DNA from: Okamejei kenojei
Taxonomy: Eukaryota
Direction: 5' to 3'
Assembly (NCBI GenBank): GCA_035221665.1
Contig: CM069144.1
Span: 65,348,001-65,412,000, forward strand
DNA: 64,000 nt
The translations under genes were made by a program, and so were the position numbers. The notes under the pieces are model-generated. The model saw only the letters and a program-made list of their open reading frames with translations, did no database searches and was not told the DNA's origin. Shown here piece by piece: positions 1 to 13,185 of the stretch. Positions within the stretch are counted from its first letter, which is position 1. Each line of letters begins with the position of its first letter.

Positions 1-99
1 CAAGCCATACACAAGGGCAACACGTAGTGCAAAGAGAAAAATAGAGTGCAAAATATTGTGTTGCTGCATTGTAGCTTTACAGTTAAAGATAAAGTCCAA

Positions 100-960
100 C
101 GACTGTAATGGGGCTACACCCAGTTTAGTCGTCTGACTACAACTATGTACAAGCGGTACATTAATCTGGAGCTGTGTGCTTTCACACTTTTGTATCTTTT
201 GCCCAAAGGGTGATGGGACAAGTGGGAATGGCCGGAGTGAAAAAGATTTAAGAAGGAACTGCAGATGCTGGAAAAATCGAAAGTAGACAAAAAAAAAATC
301 TTTGGTTACGCTGGAAACCTGCAGCTCTTGATCCTTTCCCACTTCAGCACCATTGATGGTATTTGGAGCATATACTCCAACTCGCTACCGGAAGCTAATA
401 ATCCGCTCCTTCATCTTCTGACATTGAGGGAGAGAGAGGTTGTCGTCTTGACACTACTTCACTAAACTCTTGATTTCCTTGGTGTACTCCGTCTCCGGCT
501 CAATACAGTGGTATCATGAGCATACTTGTACATGCAGTTAGAACACAGTATGGCTGTTACAGGACACCAGTGGAGGATATTTTGTTGCCACTGATTGTGG
601 TCTATGGTCTAAAGCCAAGGATTCAGTGGCAGAGAAGAGTGCTAACTCCAAGGTCCAAGAGTTTGGAGATGTGTGTGCTGGGGATTATGGTGTTGCAGAC
701 AGAGATATGATCAATAATGAGTCTGGCATAGATGTCCTCATTATTTAAATGTTCCAGTAAAGAATGTCAGGCTCGGAGGTCAGCACCTGTTGTGGACCTG
801 TTGCTATGGGAGGCAAACTGTAGTGGACCATGGCTGCCGGGGAGGCTGGAGTTAATGCACGCATTGCACAGCCTCTCGAGGCACTTCATTCATGGTGGAT
901 GTCAGAGCCACATGTATGACCAGTATGACAGTGGTCTTCTTTCATCAAACAGATTATTCG
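100..960 (-). mobile_element. Degraded Rex1/Babar-type LINE RT fragment
   Basis: Minus-strand remnants of the VALTSTIMKCxER, PLQFAxxxNRST and CQDNNLSLNVxKxKE motifs, with many frameshifts. Boundaries approximate. Confidence 0.7.
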
Positions 961-3900
961 CTGGAACTCAATGGTAGCAATCTCACCAAGTCACCAGGCA
1001 ATAGGTTCAAGGCAACCTTCTGAGAGAAAATCTTGATTGATTCTGCAAAAGGGTGGCGTAATCCATTCAACAGGCGATGAAGCCTTACTGCCCTCATGTG
1101 GCACTACATTGAAATGCAGCTTTCCTTGCCTTCTGGTCAGTAGAGTTCTTACAAACAAGGCTGCTACTTTATTGCTGACACTGTTTTATGTTCTATAATA
1201 TTCTATACTCTATGTTCTGTACTCATATTTTATTTACTTAAACTTATGGAGGTCATAATCAGCAAGCAAATGCTTCATTTTCAACTCTTGTGGTCAAAGT
1301 GAAGTTAATACAAATAACAATAGCTGTTCACTTAAGCAGCTTGTAGCCATCAGCAGAATACAGATGCTAAATGATAAAGTGTCAAGAAACTTAGATAACA
1401 TTTTACTTTCCCACATCAACCAAATAAATACTATGGTGCACTATGGACCTTAGTTACCATCTTAATTAGCTACATAGTATTATTTAGATTTCAGCCAAAC
1501 AAACTCATAGATAGATATTAGCAAATTCTAATAACTCCACCATCATACCTGCATCTCAACCACAAATTCCAGGTCTGCACTCAAGACTTTGCATGGCTAT
1601 CCATATATAAAAGGCAATAGCAAATATGCAAGAAACAGGCAATAAACTGTATTTATAGGTTAGAGAACAAAAAGAGAAATTGCTTCAGTTGCCTATAAAA
1701 CTAGGCTGCAAGAATCTTACCCAGTTACCTCAAACTCACATGAAAAAAAAAAATCAGCTTGATCAAGGGATCAGGAACTGACAACCAGCTATGAAATTTA
1801 GACTAGATGGAGATAATGAAAAAATGCAAGCACATTTTCTTCTACAAATTGTGCAACACCCCAAGTCAGACCTCCAGAGGAAATTATACAGACATTCCCT
1901 TTTAGACTGCTTCTCCCAAATGATAAAATATGAATCCAACAAAAAGACTTCCAGTATAATAAATGGGGTGATCTGCCCTATGATGTCGAAGATTACAATC
2001 AAAGTACACCTAGATCTTCAATGAGTGATCTGGCGTGATTCTTGTCTGAAATGCAGCCTCATTGAGTGTAGTGGATCGCAGTTGCAGCGTACTAGTCAAG
2101 AATTATGACATTACATCAACGACATCTACATTTCATATAATGTAAAAGCCTGTTGGTGTCACAATTCCCCATTTGACACCTGATCATTAGTCACATTTAA
2201 CATCCCTGGTGAAATGATGCAGGTCCTTAATATAGTTTACAATATCCTGTTTCACCAGTGTAAAGCCAAGTCATCAGAACATAGTCTGTTTACTTTGAAC
2301 TTGGGCTACAGACTAATGCCCATCTTGTCCAAGTAGTCTTCACTGAGTTTGCATGATATTCCTGTAATTGTTCCTGAAGTTTTAGTTATTCTCCCAGGCT
2401 CAGAGAATGTTATAAAAGACAATGGAGGTTAAAAATTGCGGCAGGGTAAGAATCAAATGAAAAAACATTTCAAATGGAGCCGTCTTGAGTGGTATTCTGC
2501 ATCCGTTCCAAGTTTGATGTAATTTGGGCTTGGACCAAGCAAATGAAAATAATTTTTAGGTGGGGCATAGACAGAAAATTATATAGTTGAGCAGATTGCA
2601 GTTCCAGTTCCAGAAATATATTGGTAACAAAGTAAATGGTTAGACTTCTGAAATTTTGAAAAGGTTAAAGCACTGAAATGAGGCAAGAGCTATTTCGGGA
2701 AACACACAGAGGATGGGTGGTGTCAAGAGGGAAGGGAATAAGTGATTGGAGCAATACAACAAACCTACAATGGTCAAGATGGCACATTCAGGGAGTAGGG
2801 ACAAAGAGAAAGGGTGGCCATAGATAGGAGTGATGGAGTGTGCTGGGAAAGAAGATTATAAAGATTTCTCCTTTGAAAGAGCATTATATATTGAGCGAAA
2901 AATGATATAAGAATGTGACATTGTGACAGTGGGTGATGGAGAAGAGCAGTAAAGGTAACACATTGGTTTTAAAATTGAATTTGGTAAGGACCACAGAACT
3001 GCGAAACAAAAGCAAGAAAATCATGTTTCGTCCTTATAGCCATAATAGGGACAGCTGGAAACTCACTTCCAACTCTGGACACATTTTAGGAAATAAATAA
3101 TCCAAGATACGAAGAAGCACGTGTTGAATAATCACCCTAGACCAGAGAAGGCTTCAGGGCCATGTAGGGGTTCGAGTAAAAGATGACAAAACCATGTTGC
3201 TACACCAAAAGACACTGGCAGAAACGCCTGTAATCAAAATCACAGATGATTTCAGGTGATTTGCAAAGAACAAATTTGAGTAGCCACTGGTTTAATGCAG
3301 TGAGGTGTTAATAATCCAGGCATGATACCTACAAGGATAATGGAAGCAGAATTAATAACTTGAGAGAAAAAAAATTCTCCCAGTGTGTGAAAATAGCAGG
3401 GATTGGGACTAACTTGACAGTTTTTAAGGGCTACCAGGTGCAATGGTCAAATGGTTCCACAAAGATATTACTTATGCCCCAGGGCTTGTTAAATGCACGT
3501 GATATTACGCAACAAAAACTTTGAACAGCTGATAAATTATTGGAGAAAAATTTTCTTGTTGTTCATAGGACCGAACAAGCATGTACAAGAAAACTGGAAA
3601 TTCAATTTACAAAAATAAAGTTGTTAAACCAAGGAACCAGATTAGAACATAGAACAGAACTGGACAAGAACAGGCCCTTCAGCCCACAATGTCTATGTCG
3701 ACCATAATGCCAAGAACATCATTAGCATTACTCATTTATCTGCAAACAATGATCTCTTCAAAATGTAAGTAATCAAAGAATGAACGATTAATATCAAATG
3801 GTCCATTAACTCATTCTGTAAATGTTTAATATTAACATTGTGTTAATGGATCCAAACATATTATGCATCTTAATTGCTGCAGAGGGAAGGAATAGAACAA

Positions 3901-3982
3901 ATTCATGTAACATTGGAGGAATAACAAACGTGCAATCCCCAAACCAAAATTATTATTTTTTTAATTTAAAAAAGTTCATTAC

Positions 3983-4129
3983 CATAACTGAAGCATCAAT
4001 TTCCTTCTGTTTTTTGTCTATTACAGCATCATCATCTTTATCTTTTTCAAATTCCTTCTGACACCTGTTTAATAGCAACTTGCGAAAATTTACAGTTGCT
4101 CCCGGCTTCTCAGGTATTGGAACTTTCAG
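3983..4129 (-). CDS. eif4g1: eIF4G1 coding exon, MIF4G ([34 protein letters not shown]...ASVM)
   Basis: aacag|CTGAAA...GTTATG|gtaat; 147 nt, phase 0 to 0. No further exon found in 1-3982. Confidence 0.96.
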
Positions 4130-4597
4130 CTGTTAAAAGAATGTGTTAACTTATTTTAAAAAAATGACAACCCAGTAGGAAATTAACATTCTAAACCAGT
4201 GTGCATTATCATGCATTCATGGTTTTTAATATCTAAAATCAGTGCAGCCTATCTTTTACAATCGACAATATCATTCCCCATAAAATACAACAAAAGGTAG
4301 TAAACTGAAATATTAATCTCAATTTGATTTTGTTCTGGTAACTGTTAAATTGTAATAAACAGAAAAGCATTTCTAGACCGAAAATATGGAATCTAATCTT
4401 AAATCAGCCTCGATCTGCACTTTTAGAGCTTGAAATTCAAATCTTAAATCTATTAAACAGTATCTCCAAAACCCAAAGACATATTGAACCTCGTAAGATA
4501 AATATTTGTGCTGGAGAAAAAGTAATATTCATTAATCACAGCAAAGGTTTAATCTACCTGGTATACTGCTTTCAAAACTCTTCCAAAGCCACAATTG

Positions 4598-5098
4598 TAA
4601 CCATATAACAATTACAGCACGGAAACAGGCCCTCTCAGCCCTTCCAGTCCGTGCCGATCATTTGTTTTCCCCTAGTCCCATCTACCTGCACTCAGACCAT
4701 ACCCCTCCATTCCCTTCCCGTCCATACACCTATCCACTTTACTTTTAAATGTTAAAATCGATCCTGCCTCCACCACTTCTGCTGGAAGCTCATTCCACAC
4801 AGCCGCCACCCTTTACAGTAAGTAAAGAAGTTCCCCCTCACGTTACCCCTAAACTTCCGTCCCTTAATTCGCATGTCATGCCCTCTTGTTTGAATCTTTC
4901 CTACCCTCAATGGGAAAAACGTATCCACGTCAACTCTGTCTATCCCTTTCATCATTTTAAAGACCTCAATCAAGTCCTCCCTTAACCTTCTGCGCTCCAA
5001 AGAATAAAGACCTAACTTGTTCAACCTTTCTCTGTAACATAGTTGCTGGAACCCAGGCAACATTCTAGTAAATCTCCTCTGTACTCTCTCTATTTTGT
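4598..5098 (-). mobile_element. CR1 LINE, 5'-truncated 3' end (family A, ATATGGTT tail)
   Basis: ORF 4752..5105 IERVQRRFTRML...LYSLERRRLR; 3' UTR nearly identical to copies at 16157 and 42900. Confidence 0.9.
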
Positions 5099-5124
5099 AT
5101 TCCAAAATATCAATAGGTACTTAC

Positions 5125-5322
5125 AGTTGTAAGACAGCGGCACATGTTGGCATAGGCAACAGAGAAGTTTGGTTCGGAAATTGCTTTTTCAAACACCAGA
5201 TCAATAACACCTTTAAGCCTCTCTTCATTGTCAATTGTCAATTCTGCAACTTGTTTCATCAACTGCTGGAACATCTGTGGTGTCAGTTTGTTCAAAATAC
5301 CGCGCACTTTGCGGAACAGCTC
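5125..5322 (-). CDS. eif4g1: eIF4G1 coding exon, MIF4G domain start ([18 protein letters not shown]...NMCRCLTT)
   Basis: tttag|GAGCTG...ACAACT|gtaagt; 198 nt, phase 0 to 0. Confidence 0.97.
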
Positions 5323-5849
5323 CTAAACCAGTAAAAGAAAAATTGCATTAATCTAACTGTGTTGTGAGACATGAGCATAACAATCACAGGGATAACAAGA
5401 TCCTACATTTCTCTATTAAGATTTTTGCACCATTCAAACTAGGTACTAAAAGTATGACCTGCATATTCACAGTATCTGATCGTAAGAATTTGACAGTGAA
5501 GGTGATGGTGAGTGTAATTCATGTCGCAAGTTGTGGTCCAAGGATAACTGTAAAATAGGGGGCAGACAGATTTTTCAGTGGGTGGGGGGAGTTTACGGGC
5601 TTAACAAAACACAGATATTCTTCACTGAGGGAACAGAGCGAGGAAGTAGGAGATTTATCGTTAGCTACTTGTTCAGAAGATAATGCCCAGTACAAATCAC
5701 AAAACTCAAATGAAATTCTTGCCAAAAAGGAATCTGTACTTATTAAGTTACAATTATGGTAAAATCAAACAATTCAAACATATTCCTAGCTTTATATATG
5801 TTTTTTTTCAAAATTATACTGATCCATAAGCTTAAAGCATTGATGTAGC

Positions 5850-6535
5850 ATTGTTAATAGCATGGAGATCTTGGAGTCCAAGTCCATTGCTCCTGATGGA
5901 GTGGTAAAGGCAACGCATAGTATGCTTGCCTTCTTTGATCGGAGTATTGAATACAAGAGTCAGGAAATTATGATACAATTCTAAGACTTTTGTTAGGCTG
6001 CATTTGGAGATTTGTATGCAGTTCTGGTCGCTCCCATTATCGGAAGGAAGTGGAGGCTTTGGAAAGGGAGCAGCGATGGTTGACCGGAATGATGCATGGA
6101 TTAGTGGGAGACATTGGACAGACTTGTACTCTTTTCTCTGGGACACCAGTGATTGCAGGGAGACCTCCTAGAAGTATGTTAGAGGGACTTTATTCCTTAG
6201 GTAAGGGGTAATCTTATGCAAGTGTATAAAATCATGAGGAAAATAGATAAGGTGAATGCACGCAGTCTTTTCCCCAGGGTAAAGAACGCGAGGGCATGGG
6301 TTTAAGGTGAGAGGAGAAAGATTTAATAGGAACTGGCTGAACAATTGTTTCACAGAAGGTGGTGGGTATGTAGAATGAGCTGTCAAAGGAAGTATTTGAG
6401 GCAGATACAATAATAGGTACATGAAGAGACAAAGGGACATAGACCAGAAGCAAACAAATGAGACTAGCTTGGATGGGACATCTTGGTCAGCATGGACGAG
6501 TTAGTCCAAAGGGCCAGTTTACGTGTATGACTATG
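5850..6535 (+). mobile_element. Old degraded CR1 3' region
   Basis: Remnant RT C-terminal motifs (QFWSxHYRKEVEALE) and a CR1-type 3' UTR. Confidence 0.75.
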
Positions 6536-7073
6536 CCCTCAAGTCCATTGCAAGACTACAATTATCTGTGCTATCAGCCTAAAGACAATACTTCCGGGAC
6601 CCAGCCCACTCATGTATGTAACTTTTGACAGCTGTCAAAATGGCATGTTAAAGATGCCACGTTGCCCAGTATTCAAACAATTGGACTCTAGTGCAAGAAT
6701 AGTTTGGCAGAAATTAGAGCAAATATTACTGACATATCTGGCAGCAGTTATATTCAGATCTTACTATCAAAGCTTGTAATATTCAGCCATTGTATAAAGT
6801 CAGCAATTTCCCTAAAATCAGGGAGTCAAATTAGCATTAAAAATTCATAATAAATTAATTTTTCACTAATCACCTGCAGTTACCTTCTAACACGATCAAA
6901 GCCTGCCCTTCAGCCAGCCACTTTAAAAATGATGGCTGTTTACGATGACAGTTAGTGCCAAGGTTATGGAAGTGAGGGAATATCAACACCCAATACAAAT
7001 CTAGAAAATCTAAAAGCACCTTTGGCATCTTGAAAAGTGTAAATGGGTGTCAACAATGTTGCCACATGGTTAC

Positions 7074-7247
7074 CTGTGTTTTTATCAAATCGGAGTCATC
7101 TTCATCAGATGGCTTCTTCACCATTGGTTTCCAAGCATGCTCTGCCTTCTTAAGTTGTATGTCGTCATTTAGGGATACTGTTGCAATAATTTTGCGAGGC
7201 TCCTTTCTTTGGCCTTGTTGAGATCTTCTTGGGCCTACACCTGAAGG
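7074..7247 (-). CDS. eif4g1: eIF4G1 coding exon [24 protein letters not shown]...AEHAWKP...LIKTQ
   Basis: tatag|CCTTCA...ACACAG|gtaac; 174 nt, phase 0 to 0. Confidence 0.95.
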
Positions 7248-7834
7248 CTATATAAAACAATGAACATACACACAATTGGTCTTTGATGAACAAATGTTTT
7301 CATTGGGCTAGCGTTAAACTACTAATTCAAATCTGGTACATAATAAAGAGGCAATTCTTAGTACACTTCAAAAGTAGGCTGTGAAACAAAATTATGAGGC
7401 ATCATCTCTTTGAAGCAAGCAATTTAAAACAAGTTATAATACTCATCATGAAGGACCCCGTGTTCCAATATATTTGGCTTCAAGGTTAGGAATAGGATTA
7501 ATTTCATCACGCCTGCTTGCCAGTACTTATTCAGCATTCAGCCCAAATGACAAAAAAGCACAGGTAAGCAATGATATCACATTGCCATTTAGCTTTGGTA
7601 ACAACTCGCTAAAAGTGGTTATTAACCACTTGGTTATGGAAGATGCAAGGCCAGAAAGTAAAGCTGAATATTAGGGTGAGCACCAGTTAGGAAGCTCGGA
7701 TTAATATTATTATTATTTTTTTAAACAAGTTACACAGTTGTGGGGGCAAAAGATCAAATTGCCAACCCAAGGATGAGACATAAAAATTAGGTTGCGTTCA
7801 CAATACTCTAAAGTTCTAAGGGAACTTTACGTGT

Positions 7835-8290
7835 CACCATGTTATAGGAAAGATGTTGTCAAGCTGGAAGATTTGAGGATGCTGCCAGGACTGGAACGAG
7901 AACAGGATTGAAACTACTTCCTCCAGCAGCCCCAGTCCAGTTCTGTAGGGAGAGGTTGAGCAGGCTTGGGTTATATACTTAGAGTGCAGGAAGACAAGAT
8001 GCACAAAATCAAAAATAAGGAATAGGTCGTGTAAAAACACAGAATCTTTTGCCTAGAGTAGAGGAATAGAGAACCAGAGTTCATAGGTTTAAGGTGAGGT
8101 TATGGGGGTGAAGATTTAATAGGAACCCGAGATGTCACCTTTTTTTTTACCACAAAGGGTGGTGGGTATCTGGAACCAGCTGGTCGCAGGTACTATTGCC
8201 ATGTTTTAGGAAATTTCGGACCTGTTTACGATTGATTTAGAGGGATATGGGCCGAAAGGCCTGCCCTGTTGCCACGCTGTATGACTCTGT
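7835..8290 (+). mobile_element. Old degraded CR1 3' region
   Basis: PCYRKDVVKLE and FTTKxVGIWNxL-like remnants. Confidence 0.7.
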
Positions 8291-8694
8291 AACTAAAAGC
8301 CAACAAATTCTCATGATCTGATAATCTCCTTCTAGGCTTAATGGATGACTACAACGGATGATCTTCCAAAATTCCCTAGAGTCTAGAGCAGCCCAAGTAG
8401 ATGTGAAGGTATCAAATTTAACCAATCATGAGGGGAAAGAAAATTGTAGCAGTTGGGCTCATTTAAATTGGCAAGAAAACAGAAATTTGTTCTAAAAACA
8501 TGCAATAATAATGCAATTAAAATCATAAGATTGAGAAGAGTCAAGATCTGTAGCAAAATTTTAGCGTGCTGATTTGTGAAACAAAGCAAACAATGGGATG
8601 TTATCTAACAACTTGCAGTAAAGGCCTACTTGTAACACTGTCTTGCGGCAAACGCATAAGACTTCGGCAAGAGCATACCAGGTGTAATATATTA

Positions 8695-8971
8695 GTTTTT
8701 AGTTTTAGATACAGCATGGAAAAAGGCCCTGCAGTCCCCAGAGTCTGCCCGACCAATGATCACCCATACACTTGCTCGATCCTACACACTAGGGACAACT
8801 TACAGAAGCTAATTAATCTACAAACCTGCACATCTTCGGAATGAGAGGGGGAAATCGGAATCCCAGAGAAAACCCACAGGGAGAACGTATAAACTCCATA
8901 GGAAACAGCACCCATTGTCAAGATCAAACTCAGCCTCTGGTGCTGCAAGGCAGCAACTTCACCGCTGCGCC
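8695..8971 (-). mobile_element. tRNA-derived V-SINE (HE1-like)
   Basis: Minus strand has a tRNA-like head, the V-domain GGAGTTTATACGTTCTCCC...GTGGGTTTTCTCTGGG and a CR1-like tail. Confidence 0.8.
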
Positions 8972-9479
8972 TCCCTATGCAATTCACATCTTTATATTTA
9001 TGCACTAAAGTTTGGATTACCTCAATGTAGCAAAATTAAAGATGTCAAAACTGATTGACGGTAAACACGGGTCACCTCTACAAAACATATTTGGACACGA
9101 TTTCAAAAATTTAGAACTTTGATGAGAAGAGAGCGATATTTCTATCCTCAAAGAGTTTGCCTATTTCTTATAATACTCAGCACCAGAGGCTAGGAATAGT
9201 GAGTTGTTGTATATTTAATGTTAAGAGATCAAAGTGGTATATGGGAATCACCCAGGAAACTGAAAATACAGATTTACCATCATCACATTCAATGGGGAAG
9301 AATTGAGGATTTGTGCTGCTTACATCTATGTCAATTTCTTATCCTCTTAAGTCTTTTACTCTTTATATTAGTTTAGCAAGACAATATTTCTCATTGGAAA
9401 ATAGACCAGCTATGGCACTAAAAGTGGACCACATTGCTTCAAACTAGTAACCACAAGTACTTTAAAGTGGAGTGACTCA

Positions 9480-10035
9480 GCAATATCTCTGGAGAACAGT
9501 TTTGACTTGGGATCCTTCTTCAGACCGATTGTAGTGCAGGAAGGAGTGAAAGAAAGCTGGAAGAGAGGAGGAGCAGGACAATGCATGGCAGGTAACAGGT
9601 ACACACAGGTGAAGGGGGTTTTGATAGGCATTGAGACAAGAAGGTGCAAAAGGATTGACGAGTTGGGAATTGTGAAGCCAGGGGAAGAGATGCAAGGGGA
9701 GGAGAGAAATAAGTGCGAGTTCAGTTTAGCATAGGGGTGGGGCGTGAAGGTCCTTCCTTTCATTCTCCCCTCCCCCAACATTTCTTCTTCTGGCTTCACA
9801 ATTCGCAACTCTTTCATCTTTTTATGCCACACCTTCTTTCGTCATCTTTGGCCTTTGTCAATCCATTGCCGAGCAAACAACCACCTCGCCTGTGTTAAAC
9901 TGTTACATGCCACATTTTGGCCTAGCCCTCTTCTCTTCCAGCTTTCTTCTCTCCCATCCATACAATCAGTCAGAAGGATCCGCATCCAAAATATCACCAT
10001 CCATGTTCTCCTGCAGTGCTGCCTGAGCTGCTGAG
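9480..10035. mobile_element. Degraded Penelope terminal repeats in inverted arrangement
   Basis: Purine-rich arm followed by a complementary pyrimidine-rich arm, with decayed CTGAAGAAGG...GCTGAGTTACTCC termini. Confidence 0.6.
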
Positions 10036-10245
10036 TTACTCCTGCTCTTTGTATCTTACTTTAAGGTATTTGTCATCCTGAAGTGTTTAGTGATACAAAT
10101 AAATTTGATAGCCGGCAGAATTTTAATTATACCAGGCAGAAGGCTATGAAATTTACCACCTCTGCACAAAAGCTCATGTGCAAGATGCCACCACCTTGAA
10201 ATATCAACGGTTAACATTGACTATAATTTGAAAAGTTCAACTTAC

Positions 10246-10362
10246 AGGCACTCTTCCAATCTGCTGTCGCCCTATTTGTGCGAAGGACGGAGTGAAGTCT
10301 GGTCCACAGTTCATACCAGTCAGCCTGCTTGGATCAAGTGGACGAAGGGGAGTCTTGTTTAC
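10246..10362 (-). CDS. eif4g1: eIF4G1 coding exon [39 protein letters not shown]
   Basis: tacag|GTAAAC...GTGCCT|gtaagt; 117 nt, phase 0 to 0. Confidence 0.95.
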
Positions 10363-12990
10363 CTGTATAGTTAAAAAAAAAAAAAAAATCAAACACCTTA
10401 ATATTGGCCTTGCATATTGACCCACCCTTCACCTTTCTTAAATCAGGCAAATACAATGACTGGAGATTGGGGCAGTTACATTTTCAAGTGTTATCATGCT
10501 TTTATATTTTTTTAAAGCAGGATAAACATGATACTGTATTTCGAATCAACCAAAAGATAAGTCCTCAGTTTATTTGGATGTGGAGGTTGATAGAAAAACA
10601 GAGGAATTAAATTACTCACCACAGGCAGAGTATTCCTCTTTCTTTGAGAGAAGCTCAACCTCCACATACAAAGTTCCTTTCCTGTCTACTGCTCATTCTC
10701 CTTCTGACCTGGAGTAGTTTACAACTATATTATTGATCTGTTTAAACTTAGATTCTGTTAATGCCTTTTCTTGTTAAAATGTAGTAGCACCTCAGTTCAT
10801 TAATCTTAAAAAAAAGAGGAACAGAGCTAAAAATATATATAGATAATTAACATTAATGTAACAAAAAGAGTAAGATCAAATAATTTGTTTTATACACAAG
10901 CCAAATGTAAGAAAGTATGTTTCTGGACTACCTAATAGGGTAATTAAAATATTCAAGCAGTTTAGCCTTTTAATATTGCAGGAAAGCGGATCATTACACA
11001 ATGGGATCAACCAATTTGGGTCAAAAGGGGGATATAATCTTGGAAGCACACAGGACAATGATACTGCTTGATATCAGGCACTTTCTTCAAGAAAACTGCA
11101 AAGTTGAAGCAAGAATATTGAACAGAGAAATAATGCCATAATGCTACAATTCAGAGGAATCCAACATCTGTAGCTCAAGGCAAACAAATATGTACCATGA
11201 AAGCTAAACAATGTGGACCACATCTAACTCCAGTTACTTCAAAAATAATTAACATTTGAAAGTCAAGTAGATTTGCAGACCCAATTTCCACACAGGATCC
11301 AGTTTGAAACAGTCACTGTTGTTGGGAGCCAGGGTGCAGACTTAACATCTTCAATGACCTGGCTTCAATCCTCCAAGGAAACCCAAATGATGCCATGACA
11401 GAATAGATGCAGTTACCACATATTTTTTCTTCCAGGTTTGCAAGGACAATTGAGGATGAGCAATGGCAAAGACTGCATCGAGTGAGCAAGTGAACAACAG
11501 CATGTGGTGGTATTCAGATAGAAAGCAGGCAATACTCACATGACAATAATAGAGAAGCTTGCATCACAGAAAGGTGTTGATGTTCTATGACATATATAAA
11601 CAGAGGTAGTGGGGTGGGGGGGCGTGACGAAATTGAAGTTACTACTTAATATCACAAAGTCCACATGGATAACAGCAGCAGACCCAGAGGACATGCTTTC
11701 GTGAAATAAGAAACATTTCAAATGAAAAAGTAATTGGGTAGAACCACGAGTTCAACTTGGATGGTTTCGATAAATTATGTAATTATATCCGAGATAAAAC
11801 AAGACCAGAAGAACTTGCTGTGCATATTCACACCCTTAGGGTGGGTGTGGGGTGGAGAAGGCAAATATATGGCGTACAACAGTCCGTCTAGAGGCACAAG
11901 AATCTGCATATGCTAGAATCTGTACCAAAATACAAAGTGCTGGAGGGGTTAGGCAGCATTGTGGAGGGAATGACCGAATGTTTCAGCTCAGGAATCTTCT
12001 TCAGATGGAAATCTACCTGGAAATAGGATTTTGTACCAAATATTCAATATAAAAAAAGGGAAAGTGTACCAAACTTTTACAAAATGCTTTGTCGCCACTC
12101 TGTTTATAACTCCTGACACATTTAACTGTGTCAAGGCCTTAGCGAGAGTAAAAAATTGGTTCCTTAGGAAAACAGCGGAGATTACTTACGCTGAGAACTG
12201 GGGAAAATCTGGATCCTACATAAAAGCTAAGGCATTGAAAATGGCAGATGAGAGGAAGTTGACAGGTGGACTAATAATGAATTTCAATGATGGTGAAGAA
12301 ATCAGTTCATGTAATGGCCATAATGATCTACGTAAATGAATGGTAGCTGCAGATGAAAAAATAATGTGCTGTAAATACACAAGCCAGGCAGCATCCACAG
12401 AGAGTGTGAGCTAATGTTTCAGGTCAAGGAGACACAGGAGATTGCTACTAGAAATCTCCAATAGTCTCGAGCAAAAATCAAATTGCTGAGGAACTCAGCT
12501 GGTCAGGTAGCAACAGTGGAGTATCTTGATCCAAAAAGTCAATTGTCCATTTTTCTCCTGTTATGCTGCCCGACCCACTGGGTTCCTCCAGTAGATTTAA
12601 ATGCTTCAGTTCAATGTCTTTAATCAGAAAATGGAAAATGTTTAGGCAGAATTAACATTGTGGAAAGGCTGTTTTTTGAAAGATGAAGTGTTAAAAAAAC
12701 AAAAGTAATGGTGGTGCCAGAGTGAAGAAAACTGGACATCAATTACCAAAGGTTACAACATCTGCGGTAGGTGTAATGTGAATGAAATCTGAAAACATCA
12801 CAAAGGGAAAATAAACAATGAAATCGAATACAAGGCTGGAAAAGCTGCTTATCTGGTTATTGTAATCAAGATCAAGAGTGAAAAGCTGCCATATGCCGAA
12901 TCATAGCTGCAAAGCAAGAAACAGTCTCTTCTGCACACTGAATCTCCGCCCATCTATTACAGTAACCCCTGTGAAACATGATGCACTAAT

Positions 12991-13185
12991 GGGCCTGTCC
13001 CACTTAGGCAACTCTTTGGGTGACTGCCAGGGACTAGTTTTAATGAAATTCACCTACAACACCTGGCGACAACCTACGACAACAAAAATTGTAACTACTG
13101 TCATTGAAAAATGTTCAACATGTTGAAAGTTTTGCGGCAGTCGCCTGCAGTCGCCCAAAATAAATCGCCAAAGTGGGACAGGCCC
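12991..13185. mobile_element. MITE, probably PIF/Harbinger type
   Basis: Perfect 15-bp terminal inverted repeat (TIR) GGGCCTGTCCCACTT / AAGTGGGACAGGCCC with TAA/TTA-like flanks. Confidence 0.75.

Noticed and set aside
2206-2258. Hairpin CTGGTGAAA...TTTCACCAG with C/D-box-like ATGATGC and CTGT
   Set aside because: Both boxes are non-canonical, it is antisense to the host, and 9-bp inverted repeats are expected by chance in 64 kb.
1800-2420. Possible Gypsy/LTR remnant
   Set aside because: Too degenerate to read any diagnostic motif with confidence.
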